A stretch of DNA of 64,000 nt from an uncultured Chloroflexia bacterium (GTDB taxonomy: Bacteria; Chloroflexota; Limnocylindria; Limnocylindrales; CSP1-4), in assembly GCA_963772995.1 (NCBI GenBank), contig CAVYZQ010000005.1:12409-76408 (forward strand), in the 5' to 3' direction. Shown one piece after another: positions 43,338-53,775 of this stretch; positions within the stretch are counted from its first letter, which is position 1; each line of letters opens with the position of its first letter. The notes beneath the pieces were generated by a model. It worked only from the letters and a program-made list of their open reading frames with translations, ran no database searches and was not told where the DNA came from. A program made the translations under genes and the position numbers.

Positions 43338-43375
43338 GAGTGGGGACGGAGCGATCCGTCCCCACTCCTCTTTTT
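43338..43375 (+). terminator. Canonical intrinsic terminator
   Basis: GAGTGGGGACGG / loop AGCGAT / CCGTCCCCACTC: a perfect 12-bp stem followed by CTCTTTTTC, 28 nt after the stop at 43310. Confidence 0.8.
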
Positions 43376-43412
43376 CTGCGCGGATCGCCGTGGCCGCGTC
43401 ATCCTTGCGGGC

Positions 43413-44101
43413 ATGCGACGGACGCGGACCCTGCGCGGTTGGCCGGCTGCTGCCGCGCCTCTTGCGATCCTCGCCGTCGTCGGCTGCAGTGCCCCCGGGC
43501 AGAGCCCAGCTGGAGCGGCGACAGCGGGCCAGCCCGCGAGCCCCTCGGCCGTGGCGCCGGCGAGTCCGTCGGGTTCGTCCGGGGCGGGCCCATCGACCAC
43601 GACCGGTCCATCGGGAGCCGAGCCAGACAAGCGTGGCGATCGCCGACCCCGGCGGGGACGCCGACGCCGGCTACCTCGACATCACGCGCCTGGCGGCACG
43701 GGCGAGCGGCCGGCCGCCTCGAGCTGTCGCTCGTCGCTGGCGGCGGCGATCCCCGCCAGCACGGTGACGGTCGGCACGGTCCGCTACGACTTCGGCCTGG
43801 ACACCAACGGCGATGGCGTGGCCGACTTCGTGGCATCCCTCGAGAACGTGCCCGAAGGTGGGTACCGCCCGGCCCTGACCGAGCTCGGCGACCGGCCGTC
43901 GTCTCGAGGGCGCGGACTTCCCGGGCAAGGCGGCCTCGAACGGCGCGCGAGCTCACCCTGACCCTCGATCTCGCCGCCATGACTGCCCGAAGACAGTCGC
44001 CATCCGCGCGTCGAGCTCGCGGACTCGCGCCGGCGTCACGGCCGGCGATGAGGCCCCCGACGCAGGGCAGCGGGACATTGAGCCTGTCGACCGGCTGCTG
44101 A
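43413..44101 (+). pseudogene. Hypothetical lipoprotein, at least 3 frame hops; 3' end uncertain
   Basis: Lipoprotein signal MRRTRTLRGWPAAAAPLAILAVVGCSAPG, then a Ser/Pro/Ala-rich linker. Conserved-looking segments …VAIADPGGDADAGYLDITRL… and …TVTVGTVRYDFGLDTNGDGVADFVASLENVPEGGYRPALTELG… lie in different frames. Confidence 0.55.
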
Positions 44102-44149
44102 CCGGCCCGGCACCGACCTCAGGCAGGACTACCTACCGGACCAGCGACC

Positions 44150-44601
44150 TCAGACCTCGGCGCCGACCACCTCGCGCGCCCACGAGGCCGCTCGCTCGAG
44201 CTCGCCTGCGGCGAGGACCGGCGGGTTGTCCCGTGAGACGAAGAAGCTCTCCGGCGGCGCGACCTCCGTCGCCCCCGCGCGCTTGAGCAGCTTCGTGGCG
44301 GACCCGGCCGCGGAGCCAGTCAGGATCTTCGCCATGTCGAACCGCGTGTCGAACGTCGCGGTCCTCGCGCCGTCGAGCGAACCCTTCGGCAGCGCCGAGA
44401 GGGCGGTCTTGAGCGGCTCGGATGCGCCGTGGGCATGGTGGGCCCGCCGACGAGCAGGACGTCGACGGCACCGCGGTCGGGCAGCCCGTCGGCCGGCGTC
44501 CGCAATTCCACCTGGTGGCTGCCGGTGAGTGCGCTCTGCATCGCCTCGGCGAGGTGCCTGGTGTTGCCGAACTTCGAATCGCACAGGATGACGACATGCA
44601 T
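44150..44601 (-). pseudogene. Flavodoxin-like fold protein, one frame hop
   Basis: ATG 44601 (AAAGGAGG upstream) gives MHVVILCDSKFGNTRHLAEAMQ…VDVLLVGGPT. The hop is a C run one base short near 44430. It continues HAHGASEPLKTALSALPKGSLDGARTATFDTRFD… (ORF 44150..45187 tail). Confidence 0.75.
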
Positions 44602-44810
44602 GGGCGGGCCTCCTTTGCGTCGACGTGACGCCAGCAACAATGATTTGGCGCCAGCCGGGCTCCCGACATGGGCCGGTCGGCCCGAAATCGACGTACCCGA
44701 CGTCCCCGACGGGCGGTGCGGGGTGTGCGCGGCGCGGGGACGACCCTGACGACGGGAGGGTCGCATGGCGCGTTGACGCGGCTCGATCGCGCACCGCACA
44801 GTCCGCCGTG

Positions 44811-45988
44811 ATGGCTCCCATGCCCGCGTCCGGCCCGACTCGATCCCGGGTCGATCGGGCTGCGTCGCTCGCCGTCGCCTTCGGCTTCTCGGTCGGGCTC
44901 GGCGTGGCGACGGTCGCCATCCCGCTGCTTGCGCTCGATGCTGGATACGACGAAGCGGCGGTCGGCTTCCTCGTCGCCACCTCGGCGGTGGCGCAGCTGG
45001 GGACGCGGCTCGGGTTGCCGTGGCTGCTCGGATGGCTACCGGACCGGACCTTGATCGCCCTGGCGAGCCTGCTCATGCTGTCGGGCTTCGCGCTGCTTCT
45101 CGGGCAGCACCGCGCTGCCCGTGTTCGTGGCGGCTCAGCTGTCGCAGGGCGCTGCCCGCGCGATCTTCTGGACGAGCAGCCAGACACACGCCGTGCGGAG
45201 CGGCGGGCAGCCTGTCCGACGGCTCGTCGACCTGAACACGGCCGGCAACGTGGGCACGCTCATCGGTCCCGCCCTGGCAGGCTCCCTGGCGGCCCTCGGG
45301 CTGCCCTTCGCCCTCGGCGCCGCGGCCATCGGAGCCCTTGGGGCTGCCGTCGGCACGCCGCTCCTCATCAGGCTCGATCCGTACGACCGTCGGCGCTCGG
45401 CGGGGACGATCCGGCTGCTCCGGCGCGAGGGCGTCGACATCGCCTGCTGGGCGAGCGTCGTGGGCGGCGGCTGGTGGTCGATGGTCGGCTCGTACATCCC
45501 GGTCATCCTCGTCGGGGCCGGCATCGATCCGCGGGGCATCGGCTGGCTCATCACCGCCTCCGAGGGCGCGAGCATCGCCGCTCTCGTTGCATTACGAGGT
45601 TTGGCCGCGGAATCGTGTCCGGCCGGTCGTGTGGGTGGGATCCGCGGCAACGGTGACCGTCCTCGCCGCCATGGCCATCGCGCCGCCCGAGATCGGGGTC
45701 TACCTGGCACTCCTCCTGGCCGGAGGCGCGGCGAGCGGCGCGGTCACGGCCCTTGCGCCGGCTCTCGCGAGCCTGGCGGCCGGGCCCGACGAGCAGGGCG
45801 ATGTCATGTCGGTGACCGGCACGTTCCGCGCGGCCGCGCTGCTGGGGACCCCGGCGGCGGTCGGAGCGCTCCTGTCGGCGGTCGCGCTCGGACCTGCGCT
45901 GGTCATCGTCAGCGGCGTTGTCGGGCTGTCTGGGCTTGCCGTCGGTCGTACATCCGCCGCTCTGGCGGTCGTGCGCGCGCGCCGCTGA
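44811..45988 (+). pseudogene. MFS transporter, 2 frame hops
   Basis: ATG 44811. About 12 hydrophobic segments spread over ORFs 44625..45656, 45121..46080 and 45338..45988 (hops near 45115 and 45600). Confidence 0.75.
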
Positions 45989-46242
45989 GGGCGGGCCCCT
46001 GCCCGGACCTTGACAAATGCACGCCACGCGGGCGATCGGCGAGGCTTTTCCGACGACCGCACGTGTGCGGCAGCAACTGACACGAATCCACGGTCGACGA
46101 CCCCAGCGTCACGCTCAGGATCATCATCCGAACGTGTGGCGCGCCCGGAGTCCCCGACTTTTGCCCGGGTGGCGTGCATCTGGCACGAGCTGGACGCCGG
46201 CCACCGGGCCCGTGCGCATTCAGCCGCGACTCGGGCCGCCTC

Positions 46243-47127
46243 TCAGCCCCCGGCGACGAGCGGAACGACCTCCCGATCGAATCGTTCGGCGCGGGCGACC
46301 ACCTCGTCGGCGTCGGTGGTCCCGAACCAGAGAGCGAGGTGGGTGACGCCGAGCGCGGCCCACGCCCCGACCTCGGCGGCGATGTCCTCCGGGGAACCGC
46401 GCATCGCGTACCCCTCGCCCTGTGTGGAATCGAAATCGACCCGCACCCGGGCGGACAATTCCGGCATCGGCCGCCCGGCGGCATCTGCGGCCGCGCGGAT
46501 CGCCGGGATTCGCTCGGCGTAGGCGGCCGGACTGGCGGCGCTCGAGTGGTAGCCGTCCGCGAGCGTCCCGGCGCGGCGGAGCGCCGGCTCGGCGCGGCCA
46601 CCGACGAGGATCGGCAGGCCGGCCCCTTGCGCCGGCAGCGGCCCGAACACGAAGTCGGTCAGCGGGTGGAATTGACCCTCGAACGGCTCGGTCGAGCCCG
46701 ACCACAGGTGACGCCACAGCCGGATGGTCTCGTCGAGGTAGGCGCCCCGGACATGGAAGCGGTCGGCCATGCCGAGGTTCGCGAACTCCGCCTCATTCCA
46801 GCCCAGCCCCACGCCCGCCGTGACCCGGCCACCGCTGAGGGAATTGAGCGACGCGAGCTCCTTGGCCAGGACGATCGCATTCCGCTGCGGGACCACGATG
46901 ACGCTGGTCCCGAGGCGGATCCGCTGGTACCGGGCGCCGACCCAGGCGAGGGTGAGGATGGCCTCGTAGATGCGGCCGTAGTCAGCCGACGCCGACTCGG
47001 GCACGAGAACGTGGTCCGTCGTCCAGACCGTCGAGAAGCCGAGGGTCTCGGCGACGCCGGCCGCGGCGTCGATCGCGTCGGGTGACGTGCCGGCCGGGAA
47101 GTTGGGCAGGCAGAGTCCGTAATCCAT
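46243..47127 (-). CDS. LLM-class (luciferase-like) F420-dependent oxidoreductase, Rv2161c-like
   Basis: ORF 46243..47127, intact. MDYGLCLPNFP…GFSTVWTTDHVL…LGTSVIVVPQRN…GGRVTAGVGLGWNEAEF. Confidence 0.8.
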   Translation of the reverse strand: MDYGLCLPNFPAGTSPDAIDAAAGVAETLGFSTVWTTDHVLVPESASADYGRIYEAILTLAWVGARYQRIRLGTSVIVVPQRNAIVLAKELASLNSLSGGRVTAGVGLGWNEAEFANLGMADRFHVRGAYLDETIRLWRHLWSGSTEPFEGQFHPLTDFVFGPLPAQGAGLPILVGGRAEPALRRAGTLADGYHSSAASPAAYAERIPAIRAAADAAGRPMPELSARVRVDFDSTQGEGYAMRGSPEDIAAEVGAWAALGVTHLALWFGTTDADEVVARAERFDREVVPLVAGG

Positions 47128-47216
47128 GGGCGCGATGGTAGAACGGCCGTCGGCCCATTGTCAGCGTGAGGGACGTGCTGCGCGTGTGCGCGCGAGGGGC
47201 ACCCCGAGGCCCCTCG

Positions 47217-48038
47217 TCAACCCACGGCAGCGAGCACCGCCTCCGAAAGCGCCGGCCACGCCGTCAGCGCCCACGGGCCAAACGGGCGGTCCGTCAGCGC
47301 CGCAAGAGCAACTCCGACCGCCGGGTCGACCCACAGGAACGTACCCGCCCCGCCGAAATGCCCGAACGCCGCCGGGCTGTTGCGGTCCGCCATCCAGTGC
47401 GGCGACTTCGTGCCGTGGATCTCGAAGCCCAGGCCCCAGTCGCACAGATCGAAGCGCCCGATGCCCGGGACCACCCCGGGCAGGCCAGGAAACGCGACGG
47501 TCGCGGCAGCCCGCAGCGTCGCGGACGACACGACGGCCGGCCGCAGGCACTCCCGCGCGAACGCGCACAGGTCCGCGAGGGTTCCGTTCAGCCCCTCGGA
47601 CGGCCGGCCAACGAGCGTCGTGCCCGACATGCCCAACGGATCGAGGAGCCATTCGCCCAGGACCGACTCGAACGGCCGGCCCGCACGCTCCGTCACCAGT
47701 TCCCCGAGCAGGTCATACCCCGGGTTCGAATAGATCCGGCGCCGGCCGGGTGTGGCGAGCGCAGGACCCGCTTCGAACCCGAGCCCGGACGCGTGCGCGA
47801 GCAGATGGCGGACCGTCGCACCAGGCGGACCCGCAGGCTCGTCGAGGTCGATCAACCCTCGCTCGGCAGCGGCCAGGACCACGAGCGCAGTCAGCGGCTT
47901 CGTGACCGAGGCCCAGGCGAACCCTCGCCCCGGATCGCCGCGCCGTGCGAGGACGCCCTCCGGCGCGACGACAGCCGCCGCGGCCGTCTCGACTGGCCAG
48001 CCATCGATCGCCCGAAGCACGTCATCGAGCTTGCCCAC
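47217..48038 (-). CDS. Serine hydrolase, beta-lactamase (class C/esterase) family
   Basis: C-terminal part of ORF 47217..48470. S-x-x-K motif in FAWASVTKPLTA. Proposed GTG start at 48038 (VGKLDDVLRAIDGW…); the start is uncertain. Confidence 0.7.
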   Translation of the reverse strand: MGKLDDVLRAIDGWPVETAAAAVVAPEGVLARRGDPGRGFAWASVTKPLTALVVLAAAERGLIDLDEPAGPPGATVRHLLAHASGLGFEAGPALATPGRRRIYSNPGYDLLGELVTERAGRPFESVLGEWLLDPLGMSGTTLVGRPSEGLNGTLADLCAFARECLRPAVVSSATLRAAATVAFPGLPGVVPGIGRFDLCDWGLGFEIHGTKSPHWMADRNSPAAFGHFGGAGTFLWVDPAVGVALAALTDRPFGPWALTAWPALSEAVLAAVG

Positions 48039-48128
48039 ACGCGAGAGCGTACCCGGGACGTCTGCCGCATCGTCGCTGGTCCGACCTGCGCCTGACGGGG
48101 ACTCGGCAAAGGGCGCACCATCACCCCG

Positions 48129-49736
48129 ATGGATCTGATCCCTCGCCGGGCAGCGGCAGTCGCCGCCCTCTTCGGCACGCTCATCGCGATGGTCGCCAGC
48201 TCGGCCGCATGGGCGAGTGAGTTCCCGCGCGGCGACGAGGGCTATCACAGCTACACGGAGCTCACGACCGAGATCGGGGCCGTGGCGGCCCTGCACCCCG
48301 ACATCGTCACGGTCTTCTCCATCGGAAAGAGCTTCCAGGGCCGCGACATCTGGGCCGCGAAGGTCTCCGACAACGTCAGGATCGACGAACCAGAGCCCGA
48401 GGTCCTGTTCGACGGCGGAACACACTCCGACGAACACATGAGCGTCGAGATGACGCTTCACATCCTTCACTGGCTCGCCGACGGGTACGGACGCGATTCC
48501 CGCATCACGAACATCGTCAACAACCGCGAGATCTGGATCGTCTTCCTGGTCAACCCCGACGGCGCCGAGTACGACATCAGCGGACGGTTACTTCCACTCG
48601 TGGCGGAAGAATTGACAGCCGACGCCCGGCACCCTCGCGATCGGCACGGACCTGAACCGGAACTTCGACTATCGCTGGGGCGGCGGCGGGCGCACGAGCG
48701 GCGACCCCTACGACCTGACATATCACGGTCCATACGCCTTCTCGGCGCCCGAGACGCGAGCGATGCGCACCTTCCTCGCCAACCGCGTGGTCAACGGCCG
48801 GCAACAGATCCGGGCAGCCATCTCATTCCATGAGAACGGCCGGCTGGTGATGTGGCCGTACGGCTACACGCTGACGGACGTGCCCTCCGACATGACCGCA
48901 CAGGACCACGCGGCGTTCGTGGCGCTCGGCCAACAGATGGCCCTGACGAACGGCTATACGCCCGAGCAGGCAGCGACCTCTACGTCAGCTCGGGGACGAG
49001 CGCGCGACTACGAATACGGTCAGTACCGGATGTTCGGCTTCACCATCGAGATGTCGCCCGACAACATCCCGTACCAGGACGACTCGCTCATCCCATCGGA
49101 GACCGGGCGCAATCGGGAGGCCGTCCTGTCGCTGATCGAGCGAGCCTGGTGTCCGCTCGGCGTGCTCGGGGCGAGCGTTCGGACCGCCCGCTGCGGCGCC
49201 TTCGACGACGATCTCGAGGTCGGTCGCGGCTGGACGAGCAACCCGGACGGGACCGACACCGCTCCGGCCTCGGTCCGGTTGGTGCGAGGCAATCCGGCCA
49301 CGACCTCGCCGCTACGGCACGAAGCAGCGCGGTTCGACTCCGTCGGGGTCGGTCGCGCTGGTCACCGGCGCGGCGGCCGGCAGCTCGCCCAACGCGAACG
49401 ATCTCGACGGCCGGACGACCGCCCGCTCGCCGGTGATCGACCTGCCGGCCGCGGCCGGCCAGCGACTGACGTTCGCGTACGTGTTCGCCCACGACTCCCG
49501 TTCGACCACGTCGGACCGTCTGCGGGCATCATCGAGCGTGCCAACGGGTCGACCGTCGAAGTCTTCCGAGTCTCGGCAACGGCCTCGACGTCGATGGCGC
49601 CTGGCGGACGGCATCGATCTCGATGGACCGGTTCGCCGGGTCGCGCATCCGCATCCGGTTCGAGGCCGTGGACGGAGGGTCGAACAACCTCGTCGAGGTC
49701 GAGATCGACGACGTGCGCATCACCCGACCGAGCTGA
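48129..49736 (+). pseudogene. Secreted M14 zinc carboxypeptidase with C-terminal extra domain, at least 5 frame hops
   Basis: Signal peptide MDLIPRRAAAVAALFGTLIAMVASSAAWA. Zn ligands in GGTHSDEHMS and ISFHENG. NPDGAEYD and GTDLNRNF. C-terminus …RIRIRFEAVDGGSNNLVEVEIDDVRITRPS with TGA at 49734-49736. Pieces from ORFs 48129, 48763, 48852 and 49433. Confidence 0.8.
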
Positions 49737-49780
49737 TCGCGTGTCACCGCAATGTCATCGGTCGTGCATAGACTGACGGC

Positions 49781-50451
49781 ATGAGATTCTTCACTTCCCG
49801 CGAACCGTCCATGCCCTCCCCGAGCCAGATCCTGCCCGGGCGCCCGCAGACCGATCATGAAGCCAGGCCGGCACACGGTCCTCGGCACGCCCATCGCCGG
49901 CCCGTGGCCCGAGGGAACGAAGACCGCGATCTTCGGTCTTGGCTGCTTCTGGGGCGCCGAGAAGGCGTTCTGGCAGCTGCCCGGCGTCGTGACGACGGCC
50001 GTCGGCTACGCCGGCGGCATCACCCCGAACCCGACCTACGAGGAGTCCTGCTCAGGCAGGACGGGCCATGCCGAGGTCGTCCTCGTGGCCTACGACCCCT
50101 CACGATCTCGTACGAGCAGCTGCTCAAGACCTTCTGGGAGGACCACGATCCGACCCAGGTCATGCGCCAGGGCAACGACATCGGGACCGAGTACCGCTCG
50201 ATCATCCTGACCACGGACGACGAGCAGCAGCGCGTCGCCGAGGCGTCGCGTGACGCCTACCAGGCGAACCTGTCGGGGCCGGCTACGGCGGATCGCCACG
50301 GAGATCGTGCCCGCCGGGCCCGTTCTACTATGCCGAGGACTACCACCAGCAGTACCTCGACAAGAACCCCCGCGGCTACTGCCCGATCCACGCGACCGGC
50401 GTGAAGCTGCCGGACGACTTCGTGGTCACGCCGCTGCAGTACGTCGACTAG
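49781..50451 (+). pseudogene. msrA: Peptide-methionine (S)-S-oxide reductase MsrA, at least 3 frame hops
   Basis: [13 protein letters not shown] active-site motif (ORF 49857..50210), …[32 protein letters not shown]… (ORF 49781..50404), and tail …[42 protein letters not shown] with TAG at 50449-50451. Confidence 0.85.
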
Positions 50452-50487
50452 CACGGGTACGCGCGCCTGTCGGACAAGCCACCAAGG

Positions 50488-51138
50488 ATGTCCATCAAAG
50501 GAAGCCTGACCACTGCGACGCTGGCGTATGACGGCGGCCGGGATGTCACGGCGTACGTTCCGTTCGAGCCGCCCCAGACGGTCGTATTCGCCGGTGATGG
50601 CCAGCTCGTCTCGCAGTGGGGCGGCGTGCTCGAAGCAGCGGGACTACCTCCAACGATGATCGTTGGCGTCCATCGTCCAGCTGACGAGACGTCACGGCTC
50701 CACGAGTACTCGCCCGGCTTCGACCCTGACCAATTCGACGCGCACGAGCGATTCTTTGTCGAGGACGTACCCCAATGGGTGCGGGAGCGTTTCGATGTTG
50801 CGCTACCCGCGAGCCGCACCGCGGTTTGTGGTGTATCCGCGAGCGGAGAGCTGGCGCTCGCCATCGGCCTCCGCCACCCCGACACCTACGCTGCCATTTT
50901 CTGCGCTTCTCCGGGAGGCGGGTACCAACCACCCGACGACATGGCGAGGAAGATTCCGCGGACCTACCTCGTCGCCGGCACGGACGAGCCGTTCTTCCTC
51001 GCGAACGCTGCACGTTGGGCGCGCGCCCTGCAGGACGCAGGTGCGGATATCGTGCTGAAGGAACGTCCGGGCTCGCACGGCGGTGCGTTCTGGCGGGAGG
51101 AGTTTCCCCTCATGGTGGCGTGGGCGTTTGGCGAATGA
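50488..51138 (+). CDS. Alpha/beta-hydrolase, putative esterase family
   Basis: ORF 50488..51138, intact. Nucleophile-elbow-like CGVSASGELA. Overall pattern resembles the enterochelin/'putative esterase' family. Confidence 0.65.
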   Translation: MSIKGSLTTATLAYDGGRDVTAYVPFEPPQTVVFAGDGQLVSQWGGVLEAAGLPPTMIVGVHRPADETSRLHEYSPGFDPDQFDAHERFFVEDVPQWVRERFDVALPASRTAVCGVSASGELALAIGLRHPDTYAAIFCASPGGGYQPPDDMARKIPRTYLVAGTDEPFFLANAARWARALQDAGADIVLKERPGSHGGAFWREEFPLMVAWAFGE

Positions 51139-51345
51139 ACTCTTCCGACGTTCACCCGCCGCCAGGGCGCCGACCTGCGAGGATGCCAACGTCAGCTGGC
51201 GGCCGATGACCGTGCGGCATCGACCGCTGCGTGTCCGGGCACTCGTTCCGCGCAGCGCCTGCCGGGAGCTATCGGGTCGCGCGAGAACTGGGTAGGCAGC
51301 TGGTCGACCTTCTCGCCCGGGGCTGACCGCGGCTATCATCGCCAC

Positions 51346-51999
51346 GTGGCAGAGGCAGTCCGATCGGATCCGAGCGGGGCGGAGGCCGCCGCAGGCGAGC
51401 GATACCTCTTCCTGGCCGACATCTCCGGCTACACCCGCTTCATGTCGGGCGTCGAGGAGGAGCACGGGGTCGATTTCAGCGACGGCATCCCCGCCGCATA
51501 TTCGGTCCTGGCCGACCTCCTGGACGCCGTCGTCGAAGGCGTCAAGCCGGATCTCGCGCTGGTCAAGCTCGAAGGCGATGCCGTCTTCGCGGCAGCCCCG
51601 GCGGCCGGTCTCGATGGCCAGGGGGATCGTGTCCTCGAGACGATCCACGGGACGTACCGGGCGTTCATCGACGCCCGGACACGGGCGATCCCCGCGAACG
51701 ACCACGTCTGCACCGCATGTCCCGCCGTGGCGCATCTCGACCTGAAGGTGGTCCTCCATCGCGGACCGGCCGTCCGGCAGGCGGTCGGATCGGGCAGCGA
51801 CCTGCTCGGGCCCGCCGTGACCGTCGCCCATCGGCTGCTCAAGAACACCGTGCGCGACAGGATCGGCGCCCGTCCCTACCTGTTCATGACCGACGCTGCC
51901 GCGACAGGGCTCGGATTGCAGGGGATCGGGCTGGCGCACGGCGAGGAATACCCGGGGGCCGGGCCGATCAAGGGTCGCATCGTCGAGCTCGGCGGCTAG
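51346..51999 (+). CDS. Nucleotidyl-cyclase-fold protein (DUF2652-like; family name from memory)
   Basis: ORF 51346..51999, intact. YLFLADISGYTRFM…LVKLEGDAVFAAA…GPAVTVAHRLLK. Confidence 0.55.
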   Translation: MAEAVRSDPSGAEAAAGERYLFLADISGYTRFMSGVEEEHGVDFSDGIPAAYSVLADLLDAVVEGVKPDLALVKLEGDAVFAAAPAAGLDGQGDRVLETIHGTYRAFIDARTRAIPANDHVCTACPAVAHLDLKVVLHRGPAVRQAVGSGSDLLGPAVTVAHRLLKNTVRDRIGARPYLFMTDAAATGLGLQGIGLAHGEEYPGAGPIKGRIVELGG

Positions 52000-52034
52000 A
52001 CGCCCGAGGCCAGGGACGACAGGACGAACTCGCT

Positions 52035-52146
52035 CTGGGAACACACTGACCCGGTGCGAGAACCCCGCGACAACTGCCCGACCCACGCGACATGGGTGAA
52101 GCTGCCGGACCACTTCAAGGTGACGCCGCTGCCGTTCGTGGACTGA
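52035..52146 (+). pseudogene. Relic of an msrA 3' end
   Basis: 52060-52146 translates EPRDNCPTHATWVKLPDHFKVTPLPFVD*, against the MsrA C-terminus [28 protein letters not shown] at 50365-50451. About 80% nucleotide identity by eye. No upstream gene body. Confidence 0.75.
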
Positions 52147-52181
52147 GGGCAGTGCACGCGGGCCGGGTCGCGCCGTAGCGG

Positions 52182-52868
52182 TCATCCCGTGGATGCGTCG
52201 TCCGTCAGATCCCGATCCTGCATCTCCCAGGTATGGTCGAGCACGTGGTACGCCGCGTGGCGCAGCAGGTACGGGATCGTCCAGTTGCCGAGCGGCTTGC
52301 CCTCCGCGTACCAGGCGCGCATCGCCTCGACGAACCGGTCGCGGTGATCCGCGAGCTCGCCCGGCGTCCCCAGGTCCTCCAGCTCGGATGGCACTTTGAC
52401 GCGCTTCGAAAAGTCTCCGCCCTCGGTCGCCAGGACATGCCGAACGATCCCGTCGCGCGAGCGGCCGCCGCCCCGGACACCCGGCCGGAGCTCCGAGGAG
52501 ACGCGAGAGGCCGTCTCGTCGAACTCGGCCCATGCCGCGCGCAGGAGCCGCGCGCTGCGGTTGAACCTCGGAGCGTCGAACGGCTCGCGGTCGAGCGGCG
52601 AGGGCGCGAACGAGATGCCCCAGAAGTCGGTCGAGCCAGTGCCCGGGTACCGGTCGATGATGTCGAGATCGGTCTGTGCCGCGAGCTCCGAGCCCAGCCG
52701 GACGCGCTTCGCCACCGGGAGGTATCGGGGCACATAGCGGGCGAGCTTCTCGACGGCCTCGTCCTCCGTCTTGCCACCGCGTTCGAGACCCGGCCAGTCC
52801 GCCGCGACGGCGACCCAGCGCTTGCCCCTCGTGGGCTGTTCCACGAGCACCCGAAGCTGATTCGTCAT
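52182..52868 (-). CDS. Hypothetical protein, HicB-like N-terminal fold plus DinB-like C-terminal helical bundle
   Basis: Met 166 of ORF 52182..53363 (ATG 52868). LRVLVEQPTRGKRWVAVAADWPGLERGGKTEDEAVEKL… and C-terminal …WTIPYLLRHAAYHVLDHTWEMQDR. Intact. Confidence 0.55.
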   Translation of the reverse strand: MTNQLRVLVEQPTRGKRWVAVAADWPGLERGGKTEDEAVEKLARYVPRYLPVAKRVRLGSELAAQTDLDIIDRYPGTGSTDFWGISFAPSPLDREPFDAPRFNRSARLLRAAWAEFDETASRVSSELRPGVRGGGRSRDGIVRHVLATEGGDFSKRVKVPSELEDLGTPGELADHRDRFVEAMRAWYAEGKPLGNWTIPYLLRHAAYHVLDHTWEMQDRDLTDDASTG

Positions 52869-52965
52869 CGGTTCATCGTACTGAGCCGCCGACAGCGTCC
52901 GTCGCGGTAGGTGCCGCGGAGGCCGTCGCGGCGACTCGAACTGAATCGGACGGTGGAGGCCGCGG

Positions 52966-53179
52966 GGTGCAGCTGGCGGACGACCTCTCCTGCGATCATG
53001 GCGAAGCCGCCAAGGCCATCGGGTTGGTCGAGCTACCCGAGAGTGAGCGAGGCCCGGTCCTGCACGCCTTCTTCGCCCAAGTGCGGGGAGGAGTGCGGTT
53101 CTTCGATGCCGATGATCCCGAGGCGGTCGTTGCCGCCGCGGGTCGATATCCGGTGTTCCGCGTCGAAGCAGGCACCTGA
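52966..53179 (+). pseudogene. Possible C-terminal fragment of a deazaflavin (F420)-dependent nitroreductase-family gene
   Basis: The tail of ORF 52676..53179 reads …AIGLVELPESERGPVLHAFFAQVRGGVRFFDADDPEAVVAAAGRYPVFRVE. This resembles the C-terminal end (…PVFR(L/V)) of that family as I recall it. No N-terminal half is present, because the divergent gene starts at 52868. Confidence 0.3.
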
Positions 53180-53409
53180 GATCGCGAGGCGGGATATCAG
53201 GACCAAGGTCGCCTTCGGCGAGCGCGACGTTCCCGGGCAGCTCGGTGTCGTCGACCGCGGGCGGCGAGGTGGCGTAATCTGCCCATGTCCGTCGGCGATA
53301 TGCCCTCGAAGATCCGACGTGCATCCAAGCGAGCCCCTGGCGCGCATAGCTGCGTAGAAACACTCGATCGACTCACTGACATCGAGGTTGGTATGGCGAG
53401 GCACGACGC

Positions 53410-53775
53410 ATGGTGACCCGGGATGAGGCGACTCAGGCATGCCAGTCGCTGGAAGCGACGATCCGCAGCCAGCGCGCGGCATTGAACAGGGCGTCCTTCG
53501 CTCAGATCCTTCCGTCGCTTCACATCAAGGCGCGGGTGTCCGGCGTCGCAGGCCCGACCGGCCCAGGGCGCGAGAGTGACGATGACGTTCTCACCGACTG
53601 GGAGACAGCGATCGAGGGACTCGAGGGCAAGTACGACGAGGCCCATTCCGCGTTGGCCGAAGGCAACTACTTCGCGGACGGCCGGTTCAAGCACCCGGTC
53701 GATCTCATCCGGGCGTCGGATCGATGGTCCCGCGCTGTCGCTATCGTGAACGAGGCTCTGGCCGTCGCCGCATAG
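53410..53775 (+). CDS. Hypothetical protein (121 aa) in a lower-GC patch
   Basis: ORF 53410..53775, convergent with the cyclase gene. Non-Arg-rich, helical-looking composition. No recognisable family. Confidence 0.45.
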   Translation: MVTRDEATQACQSLEATIRSQRAALNRASFAQILPSLHIKARVSGVAGPTGPGRESDDDVLTDWETAIEGLEGKYDEAHSALAEGNYFADGRFKHPVDLIRASDRWSRAVAIVNEALAVAA

